In this document: positions 27,511 through 40,169 of the stretch, in pieces
Layout of the letters: every line of letters begins with the position of its first letter
Numbering within the stretch: the stretch's first letter is position 1
DNA from: Octopus sinensis
Taxonomy: Eukaryota
Assembly (NCBI RefSeq): GCF_006345805.1
Contig: NC_043000.1
Location: forward strand, 117,552,001-117,616,000
Length of the DNA stretch: 64,000 bases
Direction of reading: 5' to 3'
Made by a program: the position numbers and the translations under genes
Notes under the pieces: model-generated
Databases searched by the model: none
What the model was told of the DNA's origin: nothing
The model's input: only the letters and a program-made list of their open reading frames with translations

Positions 27511-29121
27511 AGAACAGAGTACCAGACAAGCAACTGGTGGTGAATTAATTAACTCCTGTTCTACAAATTTATGAACTTGTGCTTATGACGGAGGTAATTA
27601 TCATATCACCAAAGTCTAGATCATTAGGTTTGCTTCTGTTACAATGACAGCAATAATATCTGTTTATTCCTCTTAGGATATGATGATATGGCAGTTTTAA
27701 CAATCTCAACTGCCCCTATGGCCTTGTTGATAATATGTGGTGGCAGAATTGTTAGGGTGCTGTAAAAAATGCTTAGCAGCATTTCTTCCAACTTTGCATT
27801 CTGAGTTCAAATGCCACTGGAGTCAGCTTTGTCTTTCATGATAAAATAAGAACTAGTTAAGTGCTGGAGCCAGTATAATCGACTTATGCTCTCCCCTGAA
27901 ATTACTGGCCTTGTTTCAAAATTTGAAATCAATATATGGTGTTGTTATATTCACAAACCCTGGTTTGTGTGGATGGCCGGAGTGAGGAAAGCTTTGGTGA
28001 TTAAAGGTGTTGGAGTGAGAGAGGCAAGAGAATTTATAAGCTTGGAGAGTGTTAGTGGATGGATGAGTGAATTTGATGTTGCTCAAAGGGGTACGGAACC
28101 AGCCTGATTCAACAGGGGTAAACCAGCATATACTGTTGGGCCCCACTGCTGATATTGGGGGTTGTGTTCTATGCCTTGACCCGACCTTAGGGCAGGGCTC
28201 ACCTCTTTGAGTTGGGAAATGAATGGAATGCTTTGTGTGTGTCTGGTTGTGGCTACCCGCTCCTAAAATACAAAATGGGGAATAAGCTTGGATATATGTA
28301 AGTATTATATTCACGATTTGTGAAAGCATTTAGGAATTTCATAGTGTTTGAGGCCTAACGCTTATATTTCAAGAGACTCCTTTTGTCTTGAGAAACTCCA
28401 GCTGAGCAAACTAAAACCCTTAGAGGTATCCAAAGAGACATTTAATCAATGTGTGCTTTTGTTATATATGATCTCGTTAAAATCTTCATTCATTTTCATA
28501 ATTAAAATTACTCTATGAAACATTGACAGCAATATCTGAAATATACTTTCAAAAGTTCTGTTAGGTTTGTTGTGTGTGTATATATGTGTGTATATGTGTA
28601 TACACTCACACACACACATTTTTATTAATAAATACTGCTATACATACGCACACATTTATATGCACACACATACACACAATATATATAAAATTGCATTCTC
28701 ATCAGTATTCATATTTATATATACTTATGGCTGGATACATTGACACACATAATACATATTTTCTCTCTCTCCCTCCCTCTTTCTCTCTTTCTGTCTCTGT
28801 CTCTCTCTCTTTCTTACTACCGTCAGTGTATATTATTAGATAGAGAATAAATAAACTGGTTGATTGAAGTAATCAATAAAGAATCCTTAACTATCCTCAT
28901 TGACCTCATTAATGTTCTGACTTGTCCTTACTTTGCCGGAGTTCTTGACACATTGCTAAATAGCCATCTACCAAAACTACAGACAGCTACGACTATATTA
29001 GGACACATTTTGATTAGCAGCTGGCTTTTTATTCATTTTCCTTCAAAGGATTTGATATTAAAGCCGTAGCTACTAAAATACACATGAATTTCCAAGTTAC
29101 TTCAATAATCAACAACTGGAT

Positions 29122-29159
29122 ATGCCTTATCTGTTTTTTCTGACCTGCTCTGCTGTCAG
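29122..29159 (+). CDS. Candidate alternative first coding exon of the Mitf-like gene (phase 2)
   Basis: gatATG start, MPYLFFLTCSAV+AG, then CAG|GTATGT at 29160. Upstream in-frame TAA at 29074. Unique sequence downstream of a CT tract and an Inr-like TCAGT (28823). No homology support. Confidence 0.3.
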
Positions 29160-29388
29160 GTATGTAAAGCAGTACTTACTTGTATAGCTAGTATGAATAC
29201 ACTACACAAGTCCGTCGATGGATGATGTGCTCTTGACTTTTTAACTGCCTAGACATTATTTTATCCTTCACTTGGTCATTACAACTGTAAGAACTGGTAA
29301 GAACTCAATCAATGCATTCTCTTATTTTCAGTGTTATTACAAATTATGTTTAATTTATTCACATATCTTTCATTATAATACACACAGA

Positions 29389-30390
29389 AAGGCGACGAGC
29401 TGACAGAAACCTTAGCACACCAGGTGAAATGCTTAGTAGTATTTCATCTGTCTTTATGTTCTGAGTTCAAATTCCGCTGAGGTCAACTTTGCCTTTCGTA
29501 CTTTCAGGGGTCGATAAATAAAGTACCATTTGAGCTGACAGAAGCGTTAGCACACCAGGTGAAAGGCTTAGTAGTATTTTATCTGTCTTTATGTTCTGAG
29601 TTCAAATTCCGCCAAGGTCAACTTTGCCTTTCATCCTTTCAGGGGTCGATAAATAAAGTACAATTTGCAAACTGGGGTTGATCCAACTGATTGACCTCCC
29701 GCCTCCCCAGAAGTTTCGGGCCTTGTGCCTAGAGTAGAAAAGATTATAATACACAGAGAAGACAGTGGTAAGCTGGCTGCACCATTAACACATCAGATAA
29801 AATACTTAGCTTAACAGCATTTCTTCTTGCTTTAGGCTCTGAGTTCAATTCCACTAGAGTCAACTTTACTTTTCATTTTTTCAGGGCTGATAAAATAAGT
29901 ACCAGTTGAACACTGGAGTTGATGTAATTAACCCATCCTCACCTCCAAAATTTTAGGCCTTGTGCTTAGAGTAGAAAGAATTATGGGACACACAAGCTTA
30001 TCTCTGTATTCATTTGTATTCTTGTACCCTAGAGTTATAAATGTTTTGGAGTCATCTTTCATTTGTCTTTACGTTCTGAGTTCAAATTTCGCCTAGGTCG
30101 ACTTTGCCTTTCATTCTTTTGTGTCGATAAATTAAGTACAAATTGCATACTGGGGTTGATCTAATCAACTGGCCCTCTCCCTAACAATTTTGGGCCTTGT
30201 GCCTAGAGGAGAAAAGAATATTTTGGCTTAATCTTTCGTCTGTCTTAACATTTTGAGTTCAAATTCTGCTGTGTCAATAAATTTGTGTCAATAGATTAAG
30301 TATGAATTGCATTCTGGGGTCGATCTAATCGACTGGTCCTTTCCCCAATAATTTTCGGGCCTTGTGCCTAGAATAGAAAAGAATATTTTG
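29389..30390 (+). mobile_element. Cluster of about six head-to-tail SINE family B copies/fragments
   Basis: Repeated TTCTGAGTTCAAATTC...GGGGTCGATAAA...GGCCTTGTGCCTAG units, all in the same orientation. Confidence 0.8.
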
Positions 30391-30861
30391 GATTCATTGT
30401 ATGTTATATTATGGAGAAAATTTTCTCTTTTTTATTTGGTTTGCAAGGTTCTTGTTGTGAACTCATATGTTGAAAGTGATTTTGCGTATCTTAGGAAGGT
30501 CAAGCCAACAGACTTGAAGCAGATCTGGAGAAGTGGAGAGAAAGTCATCGATGAGGTCAATCATAGTGACAAAAGGACTTTGAGAAATGTAGTCAATTGA
30601 TTGATTGACCAAATGATTAATCCAGCAATTGATTAGTTAATTGATTAAATGTTAACAAATGTGTATCTTTGTTAGTATTGAAAACTTGTCTAGCTTTAAT
30701 TACTGAGATCTATATTTCAACCGTCATGGTCAAAAGACTTTTCTGCTCTATCCCTTTGCTGGTAAAAGTCTACGAGGCTTTGCCATCCAATGAAGTACAT
30801 AACAGAAGTGAAACAGACTTTGCTTCCTCATATCTTTAATGTCTCATGTATGTTACTTTAA

Positions 30862-31082
30862 TCCTTTTGTTACTGTATTTATTTTGAGGTGCTCTCTGTT
30901 TCTTTCAATTACTTCAAATATAACAACGAATTTATTAAAATAACTTAGTTATCATTCAGCTAGTGTTAGGAATATAAATTGCGACTAAGATTTGGTGGTA
31001 TATTTTGATGCCAAACTTATGAAAACAAGACATTTGTACTACAGAGCCAGAACCAGTTTTGATTGGGTTGGTAATGAAAGGG
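30862..31082. mobile_element. piggyBac-like MITE
   Basis: TTAA|(T)CCTTTTGTTAC ... GTAATGAAAGGG|TTAA. Confidence 0.6.
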
Positions 31083-31160
31083 TTAATAATCGTTATACTT
31101 TATCTGTTTGTATTAATTATTCTATGTGTATGAGACAGTGAATTGGCAGAATTGTTGGCA

Positions 31161-31557
31161 CAGGCGCAGGAGTGGCTGTGTGGTAAGTAGCTTGCTAACC
31201 AACCACATGGTTCCGGGTTCAGTCCCACTGCGTGGCATCTTGGGCAAGTGTCTTCTGCTATAGCCCCGGGCCGACCAATGCCTTGTGAGTGGATTTGGTA
31301 GGCGGAAACTGAAAGAAGCCTGTCGTATATATGTATATATATATATGTGTGTGTTTGTGTGTCTGTGTTTGACCCCCTAGCATCGCTTGACAACCGATGC
31401 TGGTGTGTTTACGTCCCCGTCACTTAGCGGTTCGGCAAAAAAGAGACCGATAGAATAAGTACTGGGCTTACAAAGAATAAGTCCCGGGGTCGAGTTGCTC
31501 GATTAAAGGCGGTGCTCCAGCATGGCCGCAGTCAAATGACTGAAACAAGTAAAAGAG
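31161..31557 (+). mobile_element. SINE family A, full-length young copy nested in an old family B copy
   Basis: CAGGCGCAGGAGTGGCTGTGTGG...GTAAAAGAG with CpGs intact; flanks are the split halves of a decayed family B head. Confidence 0.9.
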
Positions 31558-32730
31558 AAGAAACATCAGACATGATTTTGGAGGAAATGCCTCTCAGCAT
31601 TTCTACTGACTCATTGCATTCTGAGCCCAAATTCCACCAAGGCTCAACTTTGCCTTTCATCTTTTCAGATGAATCTTAGAACTACTCTTTACCAAAAGAT
31701 AGCCTACCAGATGCAAAAGTGTCTTTAAATTGCTTAAAATGAAAAAAACAAAGCATAATTCAACATTATATCATTAATTGTAGTAAATAACTTCAAAGGA
31801 GTGTAATTAAAATGAAAAAAAGCAGGAAAATTTAAATTCTCAAAAATGTATTTTTTCCATATATTTATATGACTCTGTGCATGTGTGCCCATGTGTATAC
31901 ATGTTTGTGTGTGTGTGTGTATATGGATATATGTATACATGTTAGTGTGTGGATATGTGTGTATGTATGTATATATATGTGTATATGTATACATGTTTCT
32001 GTGTAGATATGTGTGTGTGTATGTGTGTGTATATATGTGTATATGTATACACGTTTGTGTATGGATGTGTGTGTGTGTATATGTGTGTATGTATACACGT
32101 TTGTGTGTGAATGTGTTTGTGTGTATATATGTGTGTATGTATGTATATATATGTGTGTGTGTGTGTATATGTGTGTATGTATGTATATATATGTGTATAT
32201 GTATACATGTTTGTGTGTGTGTGTATGTGTGTGTATATATATGTGTGTGTGTGTGTATACTGAAATAAACATTTTTGATTGGAACAAATATGATCTTATT
32301 TGTTTCTTTATAAAAATTAAATATACATATTTTCAATAGTCTGAAAGAAAAAAAAAAAATTATTTTTTATTTTATTTTTTAATTTACCCTCTAAATTGCT
32401 ACTTTCTAACACCTTGTCTCATTGTATTGCCGTAAGTGACACTCAATGATACAAAAAAAAGATAAAGAGTGGCATATGCACATACACGTGCTTACAAATG
32501 CACGCACACACACACATACACACACACACGCATGCACAGGTGAATTGCTAATAAGATTTTGGAAATTTTTTGATTCATTTAGTTTTAGTTTTGAAAAGCT
32601 GCACATGTTATATTATGCAACCAGATACCTTTCATTCAATTACAACCTTTTTCTAGCAACAGCTGTTGCCTATGGAGTTGTTTTTGCTTTTTTTTTTCTT
32701 TCCAGAGTTTAAAATCTTTTCTGTTGTTTG

Positions 32731-32888
32731 AGAGTGGCTGTGTGGTAAGTAGCTTGCTTACCAACCACATGGTTCCGGGTTCAGTCCCATTGTGTGTCAC
32801 CTTGGGCAAGTGTCTTCTACTATAGCCTCGGGCCGACCAAAGCCTTTTGAGTGGATTTGGTAGACGGAAACTGAAAGAAGCCCGTCGG

Positions 32889-32922
<34 letters not shown>

Positions 32923-33153
32923 GTGTGTATATGTTTGTGTGTCTGTGTTTGTCCCCCCCCAACATCGCTTGACAACTGATGCTGGTGTGTTTACGTCCCC
33001 GTAACTTAGCTGTTTGGCAAAAGCTACCGATAGAACAAAGTACTAGGCTTACAAAGAATAAGTCCTGGGGTCGAGTTGCTCGACTAAAGGCGGTGCTCCA
33101 GCATGGCCGCAGTCAAATGACTGAAACAAGTAATAAGAGTAAAAGAGTAAAGA
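32731..33153 (+). mobile_element. SINE family A
   Basis: Full body with repeated TAAAAGAG-type tail; an older copy follows at ~33200-33610. Confidence 0.88.
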
Positions 33154-33361
33154 GTTGTTTTTGTTGTTGTTGTTTGAATAAATGGTATAGGAGATGCATA
33201 TGGGTATGGATGTTTGGTTAGAAGTTTTCTTCCATGGTCACATGGTTTCAAGTTCAGTCCCACTGTGTGGCATCTTGGGTCAGTGACTTTTACTATAGCC
33301 CCAGGCTGACCAAATTTTGTGTGTGGATTTGATAGATGGAAAATGAAAGAAGCCTATCATG

Positions 33362-33421
<60 letters not shown>

Positions 33422-33693
33422 TTGTATGTATATATGATTATGCATGTGTGTGTGTGTGTTACATTCCTGTAACTTAGTAGTTTGGCAAAAGAGACTCATA
33501 GGATAGATAAGAGACTTAAATAAGTATTGGGGTCAATGTTCAGCTAAAAATCCCTTCATAGTGGTGCCCCAGCATGGACGCAATCCAATGATAGAAACAA
33601 GTAAATGATAGAAGATAATTTCTTACAATGTTGGTCTAACTGGTTAAAGCTACTGGGTAACAGACTCAATGAAGAACATTGGTTCAGTTGTTG

Positions 33694-33724
<31 letters not shown>

Positions 33725-33871
33725 ATGTTTGACTTTTGCTTTACATTTGTACAAGTTGGCTCCAAGTCTCACCCAGAGACCTCAAGAGACAACTAGTTGG
33801 AAGTTCATGTTGGTGTTATGCCTAGGGTGCCATATATTTGGTTTTGTACTTAGTGTTGTAGGATTGAAGTA

Positions 33872-33911
<40 letters not shown>

Positions 33912-34994
33912 TCACTGCCTGGAACTGAACTCGGAATCTTGGGGTTAAGAGTGTGGGCTACTAACCCCAAGATTACAAGTTCAATTCCAGGCTGTGACCT
34001 GAATAATAATAATAATAATAATAATATTAGTTCAGTTGTGAAATATATCAGCTTACTGAATTTATTCAGTCAGTCTTCCTTAATCAAGTGGCTGACTATT
34101 AAATGAAGAGACGGTTAATTGTGAAAAACCCAAGTGGATGTTTCATAGGAAGAGGCAGTTAACTGGTAAAATATTTGCAATTAAACAAAAAAACAATTCT
34201 GTGAATTTGTCAAGCTCCTCAGCTTGAATGCGGATTTAGCAACAAAATGAAAACAGCAGTATAACTTTGTTCACAAAAACAAAAATAAAATAACCTTGAA
34301 AAGAAAAAATATTTTAAAAACTATTTACACAGAAATTACTAAATTCTAAATTTATTATTCTGTTTTTAGTTCAGTGTTTTTTTTAAATATTTTTTGTCTT
34401 AAAACAAACTATCTAATTAGATTTCGTTTTGGGATTTGGTTTGCAAGATTCCTCATATGAGTTCGTGTGTTGAAGCATATTCTGTTGTGTCTGGGGAGAG
34501 TCATTTTCTTTTTGTGCCTTATAATATAACACGCTCACCGGTAAAATTTCCACTTTTTTCTTATTTTTATCTTCCTAAAATTTTCATTGCATCTTGCAAC
34601 CTTTTCAATAGTTTTGACTCTATTATATTATAATATAATATATCATGATCATTTAACGTCCATTTTCCATGCTAGCATGGGTTGGACAGTTCGACCAGGG
34701 TCTGGAAGCCATGGAGGCTGCACCAGGCTCTAGTCTGATCTGACAGTGTTTCTACAGCTGGATGCCCTTCCTAACGCCAACCACTCCGTGAGTGTAGTAT
34801 TATAATACTATATATATTATATTATATTATATTATATTATAATATATATAATATATATAGTGTGTATATTATATTATAAGGCACAAAAATGAAAATGACT
34901 CTCCCCAGACACAACAGAATATCTAATTAGAGCTAATTAGTAAATAAGTAAAGTGCATTGCTTAAGGATGTAGTGTTTATTAAACCTTATTAAA

Positions 34995-35215
34995 CCCTTT
35001 AACATTTAAATCAGTCATATCCAGCTAAAATATTTAATCTGCTTTATGTTCATTCCTGCTAGATCTGGCTTCTCACATTAATCCTACAATGTCATCCTAA
35101 AACTTAAAAGTTACATCATTAAATTTTTTTAAGCTATGAGGTAATACATGATTAATTCAAAACAAAGTGAATAATTAAACATTACATTTGACAGAGTAAT
35201 CTGAAAGATAAAGGG
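34995..35215. mobile_element. piggyBac-like MITE
   Basis: TTAA(A)|CCCTTTA ... TAAAGGG|TTAA. Confidence 0.55.
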
Positions 35216-35349
35216 TTAAGAATCATGGGGCAATGATCCTGTCTCATAATCTAACTTCAATATCACATGACAAATCACTTTTTGAAGGTGCCCAAATGAG
35301 TCGATATACATTTTTGAACTCTGGAAACATACCACATAAACCTTAAGCA

Positions 35350-35730
35350 CATGTGGTAAGTAGTTTGCTTAGTAACCACATGGTTCTGGGTTCAGTCCCA
35401 CTGCGTGGCACCTTGGGCAAGTATCTTTTACTATAGCTTCGGGCCGACCAAAGCCTTGTGAGTGGATTTGGTTGACGGAAACTGAAAGAAGCCCATCGCA
35501 TATATGTATATATACATATGTGTGTTTGTGTGTCTGTTTGTCCCCCCCCCCCAACATCGCTTGACAACCAATGCTGGTGTGTTTGTGTCTCAGTAACTTA
35601 GCGGTTCGGCAAAAGAGACCGATAGAATAAGTACTAGGTTTACAAAGAATAAGTCCTGTGGTTGATTTGATCGGACTAAAGGTGGTGCTCCAGCATGGCC
35701 ACAGTCAAATGACTGAAACGAGTAAAGAGT
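35350..35730 (+). mobile_element. SINE family A
   Basis: Same head, body and tail. Confidence 0.85.
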
Positions 35731-38534
35731 ATATTCACCATCAATATTATAAACATCACCATTGGTGCCATCGTCATTATTGCCTTCATTATCATCATCA
35801 TCCTATCATTATTATTGCTGTTGCATAGCCCTCGTCTTGTGGTGGTGGTGGTGGTGGTGATGGCAGTTGTTGAGACATAGTAATGAAGTATTTTTTTTAC
35901 ATTGTCTTTTTACAAATTTTAGTAGATATCTTACTATAATGAAACAGCAAAAATTGAGATACAGTTATCAGAAAACCTTTATATATATATATATTTATTT
36001 ATATGGAACAAAAATAGATAAATAAATAAAAGCCAAAAAGGTAAAATGTGTCAAATTGATAACCAGGTAACCAGATTAAAAAAAGAGGTGAAAAAAGGGT
36101 CTTGCTGAGAGAGGGACTGTTCTTAATTAAAATATCCAGAATCTATAATTTTACTGTTACTTTCTCTTCAAGCTTAAATATACCGCTACCCTAATAAAAA
36201 CATATATAAAAAAAAGGGTTTTCTGGAAGAGGGGAGATTGCTGTTTAGAGGTCATTGAGTACAGTTGATTTTGTTTGTTTTTTTTCTATACTTTAACTGT
36301 CCCCTATCTCCTTTGGTTGTTTTTGATTATTTAGCTTCACTGTTTCTTCATCATCATCATTGCTGTCATTGACATGATCCCTTCTGTTTTTCACAACTAT
36401 CCCCTTTACTGCTAATACACATATATTATTCTGCATGCACAGTTACCCTCTGGAGTTTGGACTCTGTAACCCCTACAATCTATTTCTCAGCTTATCTGTA
36501 CAATCTGTTTTATAGAATTATAAGAAGGCAAATACCTACTTGTAGTATGACACTGCATAAACATGGCTATTAGTTCTTGCACCAAATTGAAAAATTATCA
36601 TTATTGTTATTATTATTATTAAAAATCATTTTAAAATTAATTCTATCACCTTCGGACTTGCACTGACCACTGTTTTCATTTATAATTCTTTTAAGCTATA
36701 CAAGACTGATAATAAATTAGGGATAGCTTAACTTTATTTTTTATTAATTTGTTTATTAAATCATTTATTAATTCAAATTATTTTTAATTATTGAAATAGG
36801 TAAGTCCATAGTTAAGAAATAGCTCAGTTAATATATTGGAAACAGTTCATAGTTTTCTGTTTATATGCAGATGCCAGTGCCGCCTGACTGGCGTCCGTGT
36901 TGGTGACACGTAAAAGCACCAACCGATTGTGGCCGTTTGCCAGACATGACTGGCTCCTGTGCCGGTGGCACGTAAAATACACCCACTACACTCACAATTG
37001 GTTGGTGTTAGGAAGGGCATCCAGCTGTAGAAACACTGCCAAACCAGACTGAAGCTTGGTGCAGCCTCCGTGGCTTACCAGACCCCGGTCGAACCGTCCA
37101 GTCCATGCTTGCATGGAAAACAGACATTAAATGATGATGATGCATGAGCAACTTGTTATGTGCAAGCATGGCTACTATTGCTTGATTCAAAGGAAAAACG
37201 GAAAAAAATATCTCAGTAATTTTAAAATTAATTTTGTCACCCTAGAGCAGGCCTGGCCAACTCAGATAACTTTGTGGGCCACTTTAATCACAGAAAGTTT
37301 TTTGAGGGCTGCTTGTGTACTGACAAGATAGAAAGCATTTTGATTTCTCATGCTATTATTACAATAAGGAATGAATGATCATTGATTCAACATGAAATAT
37401 TATCGTCTTAACTCTTAAAACATTTGGCAAAGCCAGAAAATTACGAATAAAAAAATTTGGCAGTTAATGAGTTAATCAAATTCAGAATCAGGTTGATAGC
37501 ATGGTACGTCCTCTTCTTTCTACTAGGTTGGTGTCTTTGGCTCATCATCAAAAGACACCCTTCCTTGTGTCTTTTCTATAAGTATTTCCAAGTTTATTTA
37601 TTGCTCTGATGAACTTTATGGTCTAGTACCTTCTGCCAAGACCTTCCGAGGTGCATCGTTTTTTTTTTGTTTTTGTTGAGTTTCTTGTTATTCATAAGTA
37701 ATTAGTTCCTACTAATTATAAGCATTGAACTTTCTATCATTATCTTCTTTACCTCTGATCTATGATGTATTTAGTCCTTTAATCTCTTTGTCAATTGACA
37801 TATTTTGAATTTATAAATTTACGGTCCCTTACAATACAGTAACCTTTAAAGAAAAGTGGGAGGATACATTAGATAATGTAGTCTTAGATACCCTTATACA
37901 GACAAGGTGATCACAGCTGGAATGCCTTTGACTGCAGGTCTGCTTGATCAACACTGACCTTGGACTAAATAGCAAAAATTGTAAATAAATACTGAGAAAA
38001 AGTGAGTTATATGAGATATACAAACATACACCCATATATGGTTGTGAGCACAAGAGCTGGAATATTATTCAGTGTATGAACAAAGTTACTTAGTAAAAGC
38101 TTTGTATTTCAAATATTTAATATATTGTTTAAACCCAATAAATTAAACAGTTTTGTACAAAAATGTTCTACTCATTATAGGAGCAGCATTTTTTTTTTTT
38201 AATTTCTCTATTTGATCTGTAATTTAATGCTTGAGGTGATGTTAAACAAGTGAATAGATGGTTAGATTCAAGCTTTCTTTATTTCTAACAATGTGTAGGA
38301 AGAGGGTTGCTTTGTTTTAAAAGAGCAATAAAAATGCTAATGAATTGTTGGAGCTGTTGCACGTAGGCAGGTCTAATTACTTTAATGATTAAGTGGGTAT
38401 ACTCAATTATGACTAAAATTGTGATATAGCTTTTGAGTTATGGCAATAATTACTTGCTTTATAGACCAATAGGTAAGTTTAATTGACTTGTTATAATGAA
38501 CAAAATATGAAATAGGCAGTTAAGTTCAATACAA

Positions 38535-38834
38535 CATTCGAGCAAGGTCATTGCCAGTGCCGCTGGACTGGCTCCTGTGCAGGTGGCACGTAAAAAACAC
38601 CACTTGAGCATGGCCGTTGCCAGTACCACCTGACTGGCCCTCGTGCCAGTGGCACATAAAAGCACCCACTACACTCACAGAGTGGTTAGCGTTAGGAAGG
38701 GCATCCAGCTGTAGAAACTCTGCCAGATCAGATTGGGGCCTGATGCAGCCATCTGGTTCGCCAGTCCTCAGTCAAATCGTCCAACCCATGCTAGCATGGG
38801 AAGTAGACGTTAAAAGATGATGATGATGATGATG
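38535..38834 (+). mobile_element. Retroposon family C with (GAT)n tail, representative copy
   Basis: GTTAGGAAGGGCATCCAGCTGTAGAAAC...CCAACCCATGCTAGCATGG...GTTAAA(GAT)n with internal subrepeats. Other copies at about 1-140, 175-380(-), 9093-9257(-), 10950-11330(-), 13808-14020(-), 23850-24060(-), 34640-34797(-), 36870-37142, 45380-45631, 47550-47796, 54531-54840(-). The shared 3' end with variable 5' truncation indicates retrotransposition. Confidence 0.85.
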
Positions 38835-39703
38835 ACAGTCTTCAAATGAAAGTATTTCTGGTTGGTGACTCTACAACATTAACTATTCACTGATTCTAGA
38901 TCTGCACTTAAGTCCTCATTGTCATCTTTTGCATGGATGAGGCAAATCTTTCTGAGGCAATTTCTATAGCTGGATACTCTTCCTGCTGCCAACCTCCACC
39001 TGTTTTTCAAGAAAGGTAATATCACCCCTAGTCCTTCATATACAGTTAGTTCCATAACTGGGCAGGTTTTCATAAAAGATAAATTTTAAACAAATGATGT
39101 GTTATTTATATGAATGGTGTCTTTGCTTGCAGTATGTGTGCAAATGTTAAGACAAAGTAACACAAATATACACTCTCACATTCCCTCACATATACATACA
39201 TATGTATCTGCATATTTAAAATTAAATAAGTGTAAAAATTGATGTTAATCAATTAAAACCAGTGGCTTAGCATATTTAAAAATCTGAAGATTAAAAATTG
39301 TGTTACATACAAAATTAAGAGGAATGACCACTAAAGTGGACACCCTATATGTTAAACATAGATGTCATATCGCCATTTAGTAGCCATTCCTGTTCATTTT
39401 GTATGTATCTGCATACGTATCTTCCTGTAGTTGGTCACAAATCTTTGGTTATTCAGGGCTTATTGTAGGAGACACTTGCCCAAGGTACCATGCAGTGGGA
39501 CAGAACATGAAAGTTTGTGGTTGAGAAGTAAACTCATGAGACATGGAACCACACCTGAGCCTAATGAAAAATTAAAAAAAAAAAAAAAGGAAAAGTGAGG
39601 GAAAAATAGAGATATACATTTTGTGCAGCATTTTGAAAGTATTATATTATGTAAAATAGTAATTACCATACAGTTTAGCTAACTGCCCAACAAGGTATAT
39701 CTG

Positions 39704-40169
39704 CAAGGGGGTGCTGAAAGGTTCCTGGCTTCAGGTAAAAGAAAATACAGGAGAATTAGTTAATTATGATTTTATTTAACATATTTCCCTCTCATAAAGG
39801 CAGCGAGCTGGCAGAATCGTTAGCATGCTGGGCGAAATACTTAGCAGCATTTCGTCTGTGGCTATGTTCTGAGTTCAAATTCCGCTGAGGTTGACTTTGC
39901 CTTTCATCCTTTTGGGGTCGATTAAATAAGTACCAGTTGTGCACTGGGGTCGATGTAATTGACTCAATCCGTTTGTCTGTCCTTGTTTGTCCCCTCTGTG
40001 TTTAGTCCCTTGTGGGTAGAAAAATAAAAGATATTTCCCTCTCATATTCACACACTTGCTGCAACAGTCCTTCAGTTTTTCTAAGTCCTGAAATAGAACT
40101 TGGAAAGTTGGGCCTTCAACGGGACTTTCACAACACTCTTAAAACCAAGAACTTTGCAGCACATCCTCA
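39704..40169. mobile_element. Mariner-like MITE interrupted by SINE B
   Basis: Diverged TIRs CAAGGGGGTGCTGAAAGGTTCCTGG / CCAAGAACTTTGCAGCACATCCTC. Confidence 0.55.
39797..40030 (+). mobile_element. SINE family B with 16-bp TSD, nested in a mariner-like MITE
   Basis: Exact TSD ATATTTCCCTCTCATA at 39781-39796 and 40031-40046. Confidence 0.9.

Noticed and set aside
27916-28329. 137-aa minus-strand ORF in GC-richer sequence
   Set aside because: No recognisable domain or splice context; probably a decayed repeat.
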